This document shows positions 37,388 through 45,766 of a DNA stretch of 62,951 nucleotides, piece by piece. Positions within the stretch are counted from its first letter, which is position 1. Every line of letters begins with the position of its first letter. The position numbers and the translations under genes were made by a program. The DNA lies in the IMG/VR virus record IMGVR_UViG_3300045988_106087, positions 1 through 62,951 of that record. One strand, 5' to 3'. The notes below the pieces were generated by a model that was not told the origin of the DNA, searched no databases, and saw only the letters and a list, made by a program, of their open reading frames with translations. This stretch comes from a virus.

Positions 37388-37537
37388 ATGGCAACAACCA
37401 CAACGAATCTGAAACTTACAAAGCCGTCTGATTCGGATGCACCGGATATATCGGTTATAAACGACAACATGGATAAGTTAGATACGGCATATGGAGATGT
37501 TGCCGTCATCGAACTCGGATCAGACATCACAGAATAG
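37388..37537 (+). CDS. Small tail-fibre N-terminal-motif protein (49 aa)
   Basis: RBS AGGAG. 'TTNLKLTKPSDSDAPDISVINDNMDKLD' is a common fibre N-terminal motif. Confidence 0.5.
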   Translation: MATTTTNLKLTKPSDSDAPDISVINDNMDKLDTAYGDVAVIELGSDITE

Positions 37538-37549
37538 GAGGTAACTAAT

Positions 37550-38854
37550 ATGGCAACTTATAAGACAGGATGGATGAAAAAGCTGATTAACGGAGTATCT
37601 ACGAAGATATTCGCAATCAGTCATGTAAAAGCAATTTACTACGATTATGCAAATAGTAAAACATTGAAATCCAAACTGGATGACATGGACACAAACATTG
37701 GAGACAAGTTGGGTAAAATGAAAACTTATTCGGCTAAATACGTGTCGGAGAGCAATTATACTACATATGACATGAATAGTATTCTATCAGAAGGATCTTA
37801 TATGTTTACATGGAGTGACCTATATCAGAGCCATAGCATTGTTCCGTACCCAAACAGTCCGTGGGAAAATGAAGGTGGATTCCTCTTAATAGTGAAAATA
37901 TTAGATGGATTGGCACCCACAAGCAACGCTTATGAATTTATTCAGTTTGCCATCAATGAGGATATTATCTATTCACGATATAAAACTTTTTCTACGCAAT
38001 GGTCTAAATGGACACATTTTGGATCATTAGATAACGGAAGTACCCATGACAGAGCCTTTTCTTGGTATTCAATGAATACGGCTGAAAAAGTAGGTTCTTT
38101 TGCCGCTGGCATATATGTAGAAGCATTGCGACATCAGATAGCAGCAGGACATTATAACAACACAAGTCTTGCTACAGATAATAGTACAAGCGGTACGTCA
38201 GATGGATCTGCATTAGTTATTGGAAACGGTTCTAACGGTAGTGTTTCAAATGCTTTTCGAGTAACTGGTAAAGGTGTCACATATGCCAAAGGATCATATA
38301 ATGCGACCGGATCCGATTATGCCGAGTTCTCAGAATGGGTGGATGGTAATCCAAATGACGAAGATAGAAGAGGGTATTTTGTAACGTATGATGAGGAAAA
38401 ACCAACCATGATTCGCAAAGCAAATGAGGGAGACTATATCCTCGGTATCGTAAGTGGAAACCCTTGCATCATCGGTAATGCAGATGAAGATTGGATGGGA
38501 AGATATGTCTTTGATGAATTTGGCACAATCCAGTATGAAGAAGTAGAGGAAGAAGAGGAATACGTTGACAAAGAAACCGGGGAAACAAAGACACGAACAG
38601 TAACTATTACTAAATATAAAGAAAACCCGGATTATGATCCAACACGTGAATATGAACAAAGGGAGAACAGAAAAGAATGGAGTACCGTTGGATGGCTCGG
38701 TGTTCTCCCGGTTCGTGATGATGGATCATGCGTTCCAGGTGGTTACTGTAAACCTATTAACGGAGGTATTGCTACAACATCAGAGAGGGGGATAGGTACA
38801 TATCGAGTGTTGGAGCGTGTAACTGATAACATCGTTAAGGTAACTTTGAAATAA
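37550..38854 (+). CDS. Tail fibre/appendage protein with C-terminal Peptidase_G2-like intramolecular-chaperone autoproteolytic domain
   Basis: 'GSDYAEFSEWVDGNPNDEDRRGYFV...GIVSGNPCIIGNADEDW...EWSTVGWLGVLPVRDDG'. Confidence 0.65.
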   Translation: MATYKTGWMKKLINGVSTKIFAISHVKAIYYDYANSKTLKSKLDDMDTNIGDKLGKMKTYSAKYVSESNYTTYDMNSILSEGSYMFTWSDLYQSHSIVPYPNSPWENEGGFLLIVKILDGLAPTSNAYEFIQFAINEDIIYSRYKTFSTQWSKWTHFGSLDNGSTHDRAFSWYSMNTAEKVGSFAAGIYVEALRHQIAAGHYNNTSLATDNSTSGTSDGSALVIGNGSNGSVSNAFRVTGKGVTYAKGSYNATGSDYAEFSEWVDGNPNDEDRRGYFVTYDEEKPTMIRKANEGDYILGIVSGNPCIIGNADEDWMGRYVFDEFGTIQYEEVEEEEEYVDKETGETKTRTVTITKYKENPDYDPTREYEQRENRKEWSTVGWLGVLPVRDDGSCVPGGYCKPINGGIATTSERGIGTYRVLERVTDNIVKVTLK

Positions 38855-38887
38855 CCTTAACACCATCAGAAAGTAAGAGGTATATAT

Positions 38888-39655
38888 ATGCATTATTTTG
38901 CTAGTTTAAATCCAAACAAAGTTTGTGTTGGCATCCTTGAGATTGACGACCAAACTTACAACGAAAATGTAGCAGATGGATATTCATACGAAAATGAGTA
39001 TTGTATTGCACTTGAAACCAACGATACAAGCCTTGTTTACAAAAAGAAATATGTAAACAGTTCGTGGGTAGACTGTCTTCCAAGTGAAACAGGTTTATTA
39101 AGTGACAAAGATCTGCTCCACCTGAACGGTACAGATGATATGTTTCTTTTCGAAGCAATCGGACAACTTGCCACACTTTCCACAACGGAAAAAGGTAGCC
39201 TTGTCGCAGCGGTAAACGAGTGTTTTCAATCTGCCAGTGATGGCAAAACGGCTATTGCCAATGCGATCACTGGCGTAGACGAAAGCATTACCATCCCCGA
39301 CAACCCCACATTCGCACAGCTGGCCGCTTGCATCGGTCAGATTGCTACCGGTATGCAGGTAGCCACAGGCTCCATGAATGTATACACCATTCCGGAATCA
39401 ATCACAGGAGAAACACCTTTCCAACCGAAGATTGTTATTGTTTATAACTTTGGATCAGGTTTAAGCAATTTCAACATTGGTGTATATGTTTCTCCGGAAG
39501 TCACAGGAGTATCATCACAGCAGATCTCCGATAGTGCAAACGGAATCGGAAACAAATTATCTCGTAGAGCGAATCCATTCACCATTACAGAAACAGGCTT
39601 TTCTATGGTAAATACCGGAGCGGCTACGGATCTGAAATGGATTGCCCTCGGATAA
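38888..39655 (+). CDS. Tail fibre-associated protein
   Basis: 255 aa, 'SLVAAVNECFQSASDGKTAIANAITG'. Confidence 0.5.
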   Translation: MHYFASLNPNKVCVGILEIDDQTYNENVADGYSYENEYCIALETNDTSLVYKKKYVNSSWVDCLPSETGLLSDKDLLHLNGTDDMFLFEAIGQLATLSTTEKGSLVAAVNECFQSASDGKTAIANAITGVDESITIPDNPTFAQLAACIGQIATGMQVATGSMNVYTIPESITGETPFQPKIVIVYNFGSGLSNFNIGVYVSPEVTGVSSQQISDSANGIGNKLSRRANPFTITETGFSMVNTGAATDLKWIALG

Positions 39656-39734
39656 AAATGTAACTGTAAACGTGTTTTAAAAAGTCGTGCCGGAGCGGTT
39701 TTATCCGCTCCCCGGTACGCAGAAAGAGGAAATT

Positions 39735-40880
39735 ATGTATTATTACGCAATGATTGACGATTCAAACATTGTAACCAACACACTTTCAGCTGGTTCTCCT
39801 ATCTCAGCACCTACCATGATTCCTATTACAGAGGAACAATTCAATTCCGGGAATTTGGTAGGAAAGTATTACGATTCTTCCACAGGAGAATTTGTTGACC
39901 CGACACCTTCCGTATTGGCGGCACACAGCACCGCAGAAATCAACCATGGGGAAGAGTGGCTATCAGATATTATTAACAGGCTTTATGTAACTGTTCCTAA
40001 AAAACATGAAACTTTTACTTCAGTAACTAATCATGGAATAATCGAATCAATTAGAGATATTGCTTATGGTAATGGAATTTATGTTTTTGTTGGTGACGGT
40101 GGATCGATATATACTTCTACAGATTTAGTCTCATTCACAAAGAGAACAAGCGGAACAAGCATTGATTTGCAAAAAATATTATTCCATAATGGAATGTTTG
40201 TTGTTATAAGTTCTCAGTACGCAGAATCTGGAGTTGTATTGAAATCAACAAACGGAATTGACTGGAGCATACATACAACTACATTTTCTGGTGCACCTAT
40301 AGAGGATATTGCGTGTGGAGAAGGAGTATTTATAATCCTTTCCGATTGTTCCCTTTACAAGTCCACAGACGGATTGAACTGGACGAAAGTTTTCAACAAA
40401 GATTCTAATGAAATTTATAATTGTGTTTGTTATGGACAGGGTAAATTTATCGCTGTAGGTTATGAAGGAAATATGCGATATACCGTAGATAATACATTTG
40501 AAACATGGTATATGAAAGGAATCACAAGTGACATTACATTTTACAAAGTTGCTTACAATCCAAAGTATGATAATTTTGTTGCCGCATCTGGTAGAAGTAT
40601 ATATACGAGTATTGACGGACTTTACTGGAAAGAAACAGAAACAGAATGGAACTACTTACACAATATAAGTTCTCATAATGGTGTGAATTATGTTATTGGA
40701 GAAGAAGGAGTATTGATTGAAAGTATAAATGGTCACGACTGGCATACAAGGATTGTACCAAGTAAGGAATATGTCGAAATTGCAAAAGTAGTAAATGATA
40801 GATTTATTACTATATCAGGAAACAACATTATGACTATTGATGATGCAACAGAAACCGTATTTATTACGGATGCTTTATAG
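39735..40880 (+). CDS. Putative receptor-binding protein with C-terminal beta-propeller (BNR/Ycf48-like 'S.DG..W' repeats)
   Basis: Repeats 'STDLVSFTK', 'STNGIDWSI', 'STDGLNWTKV', 'SIDGLYWKE', 'SINGHDWH'. ATG 39735 follows AGAGGAA. Confidence 0.55.
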   Translation: MYYYAMIDDSNIVTNTLSAGSPISAPTMIPITEEQFNSGNLVGKYYDSSTGEFVDPTPSVLAAHSTAEINHGEEWLSDIINRLYVTVPKKHETFTSVTNHGIIESIRDIAYGNGIYVFVGDGGSIYTSTDLVSFTKRTSGTSIDLQKILFHNGMFVVISSQYAESGVVLKSTNGIDWSIHTTTFSGAPIEDIACGEGVFIILSDCSLYKSTDGLNWTKVFNKDSNEIYNCVCYGQGKFIAVGYEGNMRYTVDNTFETWYMKGITSDITFYKVAYNPKYDNFVAASGRSIYTSIDGLYWKETETEWNYLHNISSHNGVNYVIGEEGVLIESINGHDWHTRIVPSKEYVEIAKVVNDRFITISGNNIMTIDDATETVFITDAL

Positions 40881-40893
40881 GAGGACTAGCAGT

Positions 40894-41169
40894 ATGTACA
40901 TAACACCGGAAACGATCATCCAGTATGCCGCCGTTCTTACTGCAGCAGGAACTATCGTAGGAGTTGTTTTCGCAATCTTCCGATGGTTCCAGAAACAGAA
41001 ACAGCAGGATATTGATATTGCCGCTCTGAAAGAAGAGCAATGCCTTTTGACTTATGGTATTCTTGCCTGTCTGAAAGGCTTAAAAGAGCAAGGGTGCAAC
41101 GGTCCTGTGACCGAAGCCATAAATAAAATTGAGAAACACGTAAATCAAAAAGCACACGATCAGATTTGA
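40894..41169 (+). CDS. Single-TM membrane protein (holin-associated)
   Basis: One N-terminal TM helix, RBS TAGGAGGA. Precedes the holin gene. Confidence 0.5.
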   Translation: MYITPETIIQYAAVLTAAGTIVGVVFAIFRWFQKQKQQDIDIAALKEEQCLLTYGILACLKGLKEQGCNGPVTEAINKIEKHVNQKAHDQI

Positions 41170-41186
41170 AAGGAGGTGTCAGTACC

Positions 41187-41453
41187 ATGGATATTACATT
41201 CGTAACAGAGTATGCGGTACCTATCATTGTAGGAATCTGCCTTTGCATTGGCTACGTGATTAAGAATATCGTAACAAGTGAAAAGGTGAACAAGTACATT
41301 CCGCTTATTATGGCCGTTCTTGGTGTTGTTCTGAATATCTGGATCAACATGGACTTTACACCGGCAATCCTGCTGGGCGGTCTTATCAGCGGTTTGGCAA
41401 GTACAGGCCTGCATCAGGCATTCAAGAACATCATTGAAAGAAAGGATGGTTGA
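41187..41453 (+). CDS. Holin
   Basis: About 88 aa, two or three TM helices. RBS AGGAGGTG. Directly upstream of the endolysin gene. Confidence 0.7.
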   Translation: MDITFVTEYAVPIIVGICLCIGYVIKNIVTSEKVNKYIPLIMAVLGVVLNIWINMDFTPAILLGGLISGLASTGLHQAFKNIIERKDG

Positions 41454-41455
41454 TT

Positions 41456-42223
41456 ATGAGTTTAATTATAGGATCAGCACGAATTGACGAAAACGGTCAT
41501 ATTTCCGGTGGTAAAGCCGGAGATCAGACCAAAAAAGAAGTCAGCAAACAGCCGTATTATGTACATAGTAAGGGCTGGTTATGCTTGAGACCGAAAAGCG
41601 TATCAGACGCAAAAAAGATAGCTTCTGCTATGGATGATGCCTGCGACAATGACAATGTCGGCTACGACCAGTACGGCAGATATGGTATCGTCAATGGTGT
41701 AAAAAAATACGGATCTATCAAAAAGATCAAGGAGAAAACGGAAGCGGATTGCAGCTCTACGATCAGAGCGTGTTGTATTGAAGCCGGGTTCGATCCTGGA
41801 GACTTTAATACCAGCAGTGAAGTTTCTGCACTGGAGAAAACAGGGAAGTTTGAAAAAGCATTTCCGGTAACAACCTCTACAAAGCTGTATAACGGTGATG
41901 TCCTTGTCACAAAGACGAAAGGTCATACCGTAGCAGTAGTAAGCGGAAATCCTCGCAAATCCTCAAGCAATACCTCAAAAAGTCCCTCTGTGGCGAAGCC
42001 AACCCTCAAAAAAGGCAGCAAAGGCTCCGAAGTAAAAAACCTGCAGAAGAACCTTAATTCCTTGAAGATCACAGACAAAGACGGAAAGAAATTGTCCGTT
42101 GATGGCATCTTTGGATCAAGCACGGAAGAATCCGTGAAGAAATTCCAGAAAAAATACGGCTTGTCCGTAGATGGTATCTATGGATCAAAGTCAGCGGCCA
42201 AGATGAAAACACTTATTAAATAG
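41456..42223 (+). CDS. Endolysin: Cys-peptidase-type (NlpC/P60- or CHAP-like) catalytic domain plus C-terminal PG_binding_1 domain
   Basis: 'ADCSSTIRAC...GDVLV..TKGHTVAVV' and 'LKKGSKGSEVKNLQKNLN...VDGIFGSSTEESVKKFQKKYGLSVDGIYG'. Confidence 0.8.
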   Translation: MSLIIGSARIDENGHISGGKAGDQTKKEVSKQPYYVHSKGWLCLRPKSVSDAKKIASAMDDACDNDNVGYDQYGRYGIVNGVKKYGSIKKIKEKTEADCSSTIRACCIEAGFDPGDFNTSSEVSALEKTGKFEKAFPVTTSTKLYNGDVLVTKTKGHTVAVVSGNPRKSSSNTSKSPSVAKPTLKKGSKGSEVKNLQKNLNSLKITDKDGKKLSVDGIFGSSTEESVKKFQKKYGLSVDGIYGSKSAAKMKTLIK

Positions 42224-42250
42224 GCGGTCAGGAGATTTCTCCTTGATATA

Positions 42251-42288
42251 AAAAAAGAACCCCGGCATAATAACCAGGGTTCTTTTTT
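42251..42288. terminator. Bidirectional intrinsic terminator
   Basis: AAAAAAGAACCCCGG-cataataa-CCAGGGTTCTTTTTT. Confidence 0.8.
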
Positions 42289-42340
42289 AGCGCAATTTTA
42301 TTCCGTCACTTATTCCATAACCATTATACCGCATCTGCAA

Positions 42341-42733
42341 CTATCTGAAAAGAGGATCATCGGTTATATCCCATATTTCCTCTTTTTTATGTCGCTGGTA
42401 TAAATCAAAGGCTGCACCACTTTCAACCTCTGATTCGATGCGGCAAGTGCCGTCCTCATCAATAAATTGTATGTAGACAGCATTTCCCTCAATATCGATC
42501 ATGGTAAGTATTCCGTACTCTATCTTGCCATACCTTGCTTTAGTGCAGAATTGCATAACCTCATATTCCGTACATCCGAATACATCCGCTATCGCTTTTA
42601 TTCTATGGTACTGATTCGGAGTATTCTTTTGTGATTCCCAATCTTCAAGTGTTCGAAGCGGAATATTGGTTACCTTGTGCAATTGTGTACGAGATATTCC
42701 GGCTTTCTTCCTAAGGTTCTGAATATTGTTCAT
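42341..42733 (-). CDS. XRE-family HTH regulator (candidate repressor)
   Basis: 'LRKKAGISRTQLHKVTNIPLRTLEDWE' HTH motif. Last gene of the leftward cassette. Confidence 0.7.
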   Translation of the reverse strand: MNNIQNLRKKAGISRTQLHKVTNIPLRTLEDWESQKNTPNQYHRIKAIADVFGCTEYEVMQFCTKARYGKIEYGILTMIDIEGNAVYIQFIDEDGTCRIESEVESGAAFDLYQRHKKEEIWDITDDPLFR

Positions 42734-42734
42734 T

Positions 42735-42908
42735 TCAACCAATCCTTTCCCCATTTGCCGCCGCAAACATTATAAGCCATGCACCACTAATTATTGCAAG
42801 CACGATCTGCCATGCTTGCGCCGGAAAATCAGAATCTAACGTGCAAGCAACAAACAGAAATAATGCCGCCATTATGATTGTTACCGCTATAACTATCTTT
42901 TTTCTCAT
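42735..42908 (-). CDS. Small membrane/lipoprotein candidate (57 aa)
   Basis: MRKKIVIAVTIIMAALFLFVAC... contains a lipobox-like LFVAC plus a second hydrophobic helix. Its ATG overlaps the upstream stop (TAATG). Confidence 0.45.
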   Translation of the reverse strand: MRKKIVIAVTIIMAALFLFVACTLDSDFPAQAWQIVLAIISGAWLIMFAAANGERIG

Positions 42909-43819
42909 TATAATACCACCTCTTCTACAGTTCCGGTGGAACGAGTAAACTTGTACAGACTGTCAGAAAGGAAATCAGGTGCAGCAAGCATTGTAGTATT
43001 CACATCTGCAATGGTACTTTTTATCATTTCTGTATCTGAAACTCCTGCATCCGGTACAAGAATAACATCGTGAATGGATGATGGAATGATATAAAAATCA
43101 GAGTTCATGCTATCCGCTACCTTTTCAAGTTCATCCTTAAATGCCATAAAGACAGCACCATTCATATGTATACTATTTGTTCCGACAATCCAATTTGCCC
43201 CATCTTTAGGAAATATTTCAGCCATCACATCTTGTGGGAAGTCTACTATTTCATCAATGTCAATTGTAACGACCGGAAACATATTTTTAGTGTTTCTTTC
43301 CGCAATCTCTTCCAGATCAGAAACTTCAAATCCCATATGCTCCAATAATTCATTTTTTATCAAGTAACTTGTGATACCGCTTTCATTTTTACTTACCAAA
43401 ACTCGGAAAATAATTGCCAAATCCAAAAATCTGACATGGGGTGAATTTTCGAGCATCTTCTTATTCTTTTCGTAGTTTATGAGTTGCATAAACACATTTT
43501 TACGGACGTATTCCGGATCAGTAATAACATCTTCATCTATCTTTGGTGTATCTTTCAATGCTTTTGCGTAAATAAAACTGGCTTGTGTCATTACATGATC
43601 GAAGTCACCACACGCTTTATAAAAATCGTAGATGAAATTTGCATACATGGCAGGATAAATATCGTTTCCGGTTAAGACAAAAACTCCATCCAGAACACAA
43701 TTATTTTTATTGCATTCTTTGATAACTACTTTGCAATTCTCGAACTCTTCCGGAAGAAATGACGCAAATCTCTTTACCAGTTCTTCCTTAAATTCTTCAT
43801 AACTCATAATGTCTTTCAT
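42908..43819 (-). CDS. Hypothetical protein (DUF5688-like, common in Clostridia MGEs)
   Basis: 303-aa ORF. Family assignment is from memory only. Confidence 0.5.
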   Translation of the reverse strand: MKDIMSYEEFKEELVKRFASFLPEEFENCKVVIKECNKNNCVLDGVFVLTGNDIYPAMYANFIYDFYKACGDFDHVMTQASFIYAKALKDTPKIDEDVITDPEYVRKNVFMQLINYEKNKKMLENSPHVRFLDLAIIFRVLVSKNESGITSYLIKNELLEHMGFEVSDLEEIAERNTKNMFPVVTIDIDEIVDFPQDVMAEIFPKDGANWIVGTNSIHMNGAVFMAFKDELEKVADSMNSDFYIIPSSIHDVILVPDAGVSDTEMIKSTIADVNTTMLAAPDFLSDSLYKFTRSTGTVEEVVL

Positions 43820-43876
43820 AACTCTTTACCTCGTTCTTTCTCCCCGTGTCAGCCGTTAGGTCAGCAGTTTAATATT

Positions 43877-44146
43877 TTATTTACTTAAAAATGGACTATG
43901 AGCACTTCTATTAGCACTCTCAATCATCCTATTTGCTACGGATTTGGCAAATTCATCATCTAATAATTTTGCACAAAAATCAAAGCTGCCAACATTATAG
44001 ATTTTATGGATCTGCTCCCCTGCTCTTACAAAAGTTGCAACCGCCTGAACCTCTTCCGACTTTACGCCTTTTTCTGATATAGATTCAACGTTCTCAATAT
44101 CAAAACTTACCCAAATTCCGTTAACTGTAACACCGTTAATATGCAT
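43877..44146 (-). CDS. Hypothetical small protein
   Basis: ORF with the conserved upstream junction AAGAAAGGAACGGTGGTT. Confidence 0.5.
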   Translation of the reverse strand: MHINGVTVNGIWVSFDIENVESISEKGVKSEEVQAVATFVRAGEQIHKIYNVGSFDFCAKLLDDEFAKSVANRMIESANRSAHSPFLSK

Positions 44147-44171
44147 ACTAACCACCGTTCCTTTCTTTCAA

Positions 44172-44339
44172 TCAAGGGTTAATGCTGACCTCATATGCCT
44201 TAATCAGCAATTCACGTTCTGCGTCTGTTTTGCAACCAGAGATCAGCCGGCACAGTTCATCATGCCTTGCTTGTCTGTACTCTCTACTATAACCAGACTC
44301 TCTTCTTCTCTTGCGTTGGTTGTACTTACTGAATTTCAT
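44172..44339 (-). CDS. Small basic protein (55 aa)
   Basis: MKFSKYNQRKRRRESGYSREYRQARHDELCRLISG.... Same conserved RBS junction upstream. Confidence 0.4.
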   Translation of the reverse strand: MKFSKYNQRKRRRESGYSREYRQARHDELCRLISGCKTDAERELLIKAYEVSINP

Positions 44340-44358
44340 AACAATCACCGTTCCTTTC

Positions 44359-44514
44359 TTATAGTTCTATAACTCTGATTTCTTTATAACCGAGCTCATC
44401 TGAATGCTCATAGAAGCATACGTCACTTGCACCTGCTGGACCATCTGCTTCTACTACCATCTCTCCAGCCCCTTCTTCTGTCTCATACTCAACCAGATAC
44501 TTTTTAAAATCCAT
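44359..44514 (-). CDS. Small acidic protein (51 aa)
   Basis: MDFKKYLVEYETEEGAGEMVVEADG.... Same conserved RBS junction upstream. Confidence 0.45.
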   Translation of the reverse strand: MDFKKYLVEYETEEGAGEMVVEADGPAGASDVCFYEHSDELGYKEIRVIEL

Positions 44515-44573
44515 TTCAATCACCGTTCCTTTCTTTGTTGTTTCTGTACTGTTTCTGTGTTCCTTATGTACAC

Positions 44574-44630
44574 ATAATACCACGTTATAATGTGGAGGTC
44601 AATACCAAAATTGTAAACAAATTGTAAACA
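44574..44630 (-). promoter_or_regulatory. Leftward promoter (TTGACC-17-TATTAT) with an internal inverted repeat and an upstream tandem TGTTTACAA box
   Basis: On the minus strand the -35 is at 44602-44597 and the -10 at 44579-44574. Homologous to 13504-13560. Confidence 0.6.
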
Positions 44631-44680
44631 AGCATTTTCAAAATATCCTAGTTTCATCTACTATATACACGCATATCTAT

Positions 44681-44730
44681 ATGCAGGTACTACGTACCCT
44701 TAATATAAGCGGATTCGGGATGGGACACCC
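44681..44730 (+). repeat. Direct repeat copy 1 (ATGCAGGTACTACGTACCCT-TAATATAAGCGGATT-N-TGGGACACC) with embedded palindrome GGTAC-tac-GTACC
   Basis: Read directly. Near-identical copy at 44795-44843. Confidence 0.9.
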
Positions 44731-44794
44731 TACGAATATATAAATATAGGGGATTTTTACATACCCATAGATCATCCTATGTTATGAGTTGGCT

Positions 44795-44843
44795 ATGCAG
44801 GTACTACGTACCCTAATATAAGCGGATTTAGCGTGGGACACCT
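44795..44843 (+). repeat. Direct repeat copy 2
   Basis: Near-identical to 44681-44730. Confidence 0.9.
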
Positions 44844-44887
44844 AATATATGTAAATACCAGATGGAAAATAGATGTTAAATTTCTAC

Positions 44888-44916
44888 TTGACAAAAAAGA
44901 CAGAAAATTGTAGTAT
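44888..44916 (+). promoter_or_regulatory. Rightward early promoter (TTGACA-17-TAGTAT)
   Basis: -35 at 44888-44893, -10 at 44911-44916. The leader begins with tandem ACAGAAAC. Confidence 0.65.
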
Positions 44917-44956
44917 AGTATACAGAAACAATACAGAAACGAAAAGAGGTGATACC

Positions 44957-45160
44957 ATGGGACCTAGATTTGATGAAACACAAAGAGGTAGAAAATTCTA
45001 TGATAGCCAGCTGCCGAAACTGATTAAGGCTATCGAAGAAAACACGGCTGAATTAAAACGTGCCAATGACATCAAAGAAAAAGAACTGGCAAGTAAAGGG
45101 GCAGACACATATGAAAAAGTCAGAACCGGAGCGGACCTTTTACAAGACGGCAGGAATTGA
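44957..45160 (+). CDS. Hypothetical early protein
   Basis: ATG after AAGAGGTGA, 67 aa. Confidence 0.55.
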   Translation: MGPRFDETQRGRKFYDSQLPKLIKAIEENTAELKRANDIKEKELASKGADTYEKVRTGADLLQDGRN

Positions 45161-45392
45161 GAAGTTGTATCAGAGCCACAGGACGGAGATTCGGAACGCT
45201 GTTAAGAGGTTCCTATCCGGAGACTTCGGAAGTAGTTCGGAAAAACCGAATAACTCATTGATAACCGACTTCGGAAGTTATGAACTATCTTTCGGAACCA
45301 TGTGGATCATAAGTTATCATTTGTTCAGGAGCATGGACTTCATAACCTTGCTACTACCTGAAGAATACGAAGAAAGGAGTAAACGGACATGA
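45111..45392 (+). CDS. Hypothetical early protein
   Basis: ATG after AAAGGGG, 93 aa. Confidence 0.5.
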   Translation: MKKSEPERTFYKTAGIEKLYQSHRTEIRNAVKRFLSGDFGSSSEKPNNSLITDFGSYELSFGTMWIISYHLFRSMDFITLLLPEEYEERSKRT

Positions 45393-45676
45393 TGTATACA
45401 GAAAAAGACTTAAAGAATCGGGAACGTTTAAGAAAAGAGCTTTTGGAAGAAAGGAAAAAGAAAAAGAATAATGTCACAAAACACAGGATTGCATGGTGGC
45501 TTTCCTTGATTGGCTATATCTGCATTGGATGGCTGATTTGGGATGTATGGCACATGGAAGAATATTTGCTTGTTCCATGGAGAATAAACTTTGGAATTTT
45601 CAAATTCTTCGTAGCAATCATTACATTGGCAATTGCCAGCAACATTCTTAACGGCGAAAAAGAAAATGAAAAATAA
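45389..45676 (+). CDS. Two-TM membrane protein
   Basis: 95 aa with two hydrophobic helices. Confidence 0.55.
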   Translation: MMYTEKDLKNRERLRKELLEERKKKKNNVTKHRIAWWLSLIGYICIGWLIWDVWHMEEYLLVPWRINFGIFKFFVAIITLAIASNILNGEKENEK

Positions 45677-45766
45677 CTAAACACTCATGCCTATTTCAAT
45701 CGGCGGTACGATTTAGTTGTGGATAATTGATTTTGCAACCAAGAATATATAGAAAGGCAGAAGTTT

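Noticed and set aside
39687-39734. N-terminal extension of the beta-propeller fibre gene given by the ORF track (start 39687)
   Set aside because: The extension covers the intergenic stem-loop and has no RBS. ATG 39735 follows AGAGGAA at proper spacing.
35786-40880. Diversity-generating retroelement targeting the fibre / Ig-like genes
   Set aside because: No reverse transcriptase ORF (no YxDD-type protein) exists in the window, and I saw no template/variable repeat pair.
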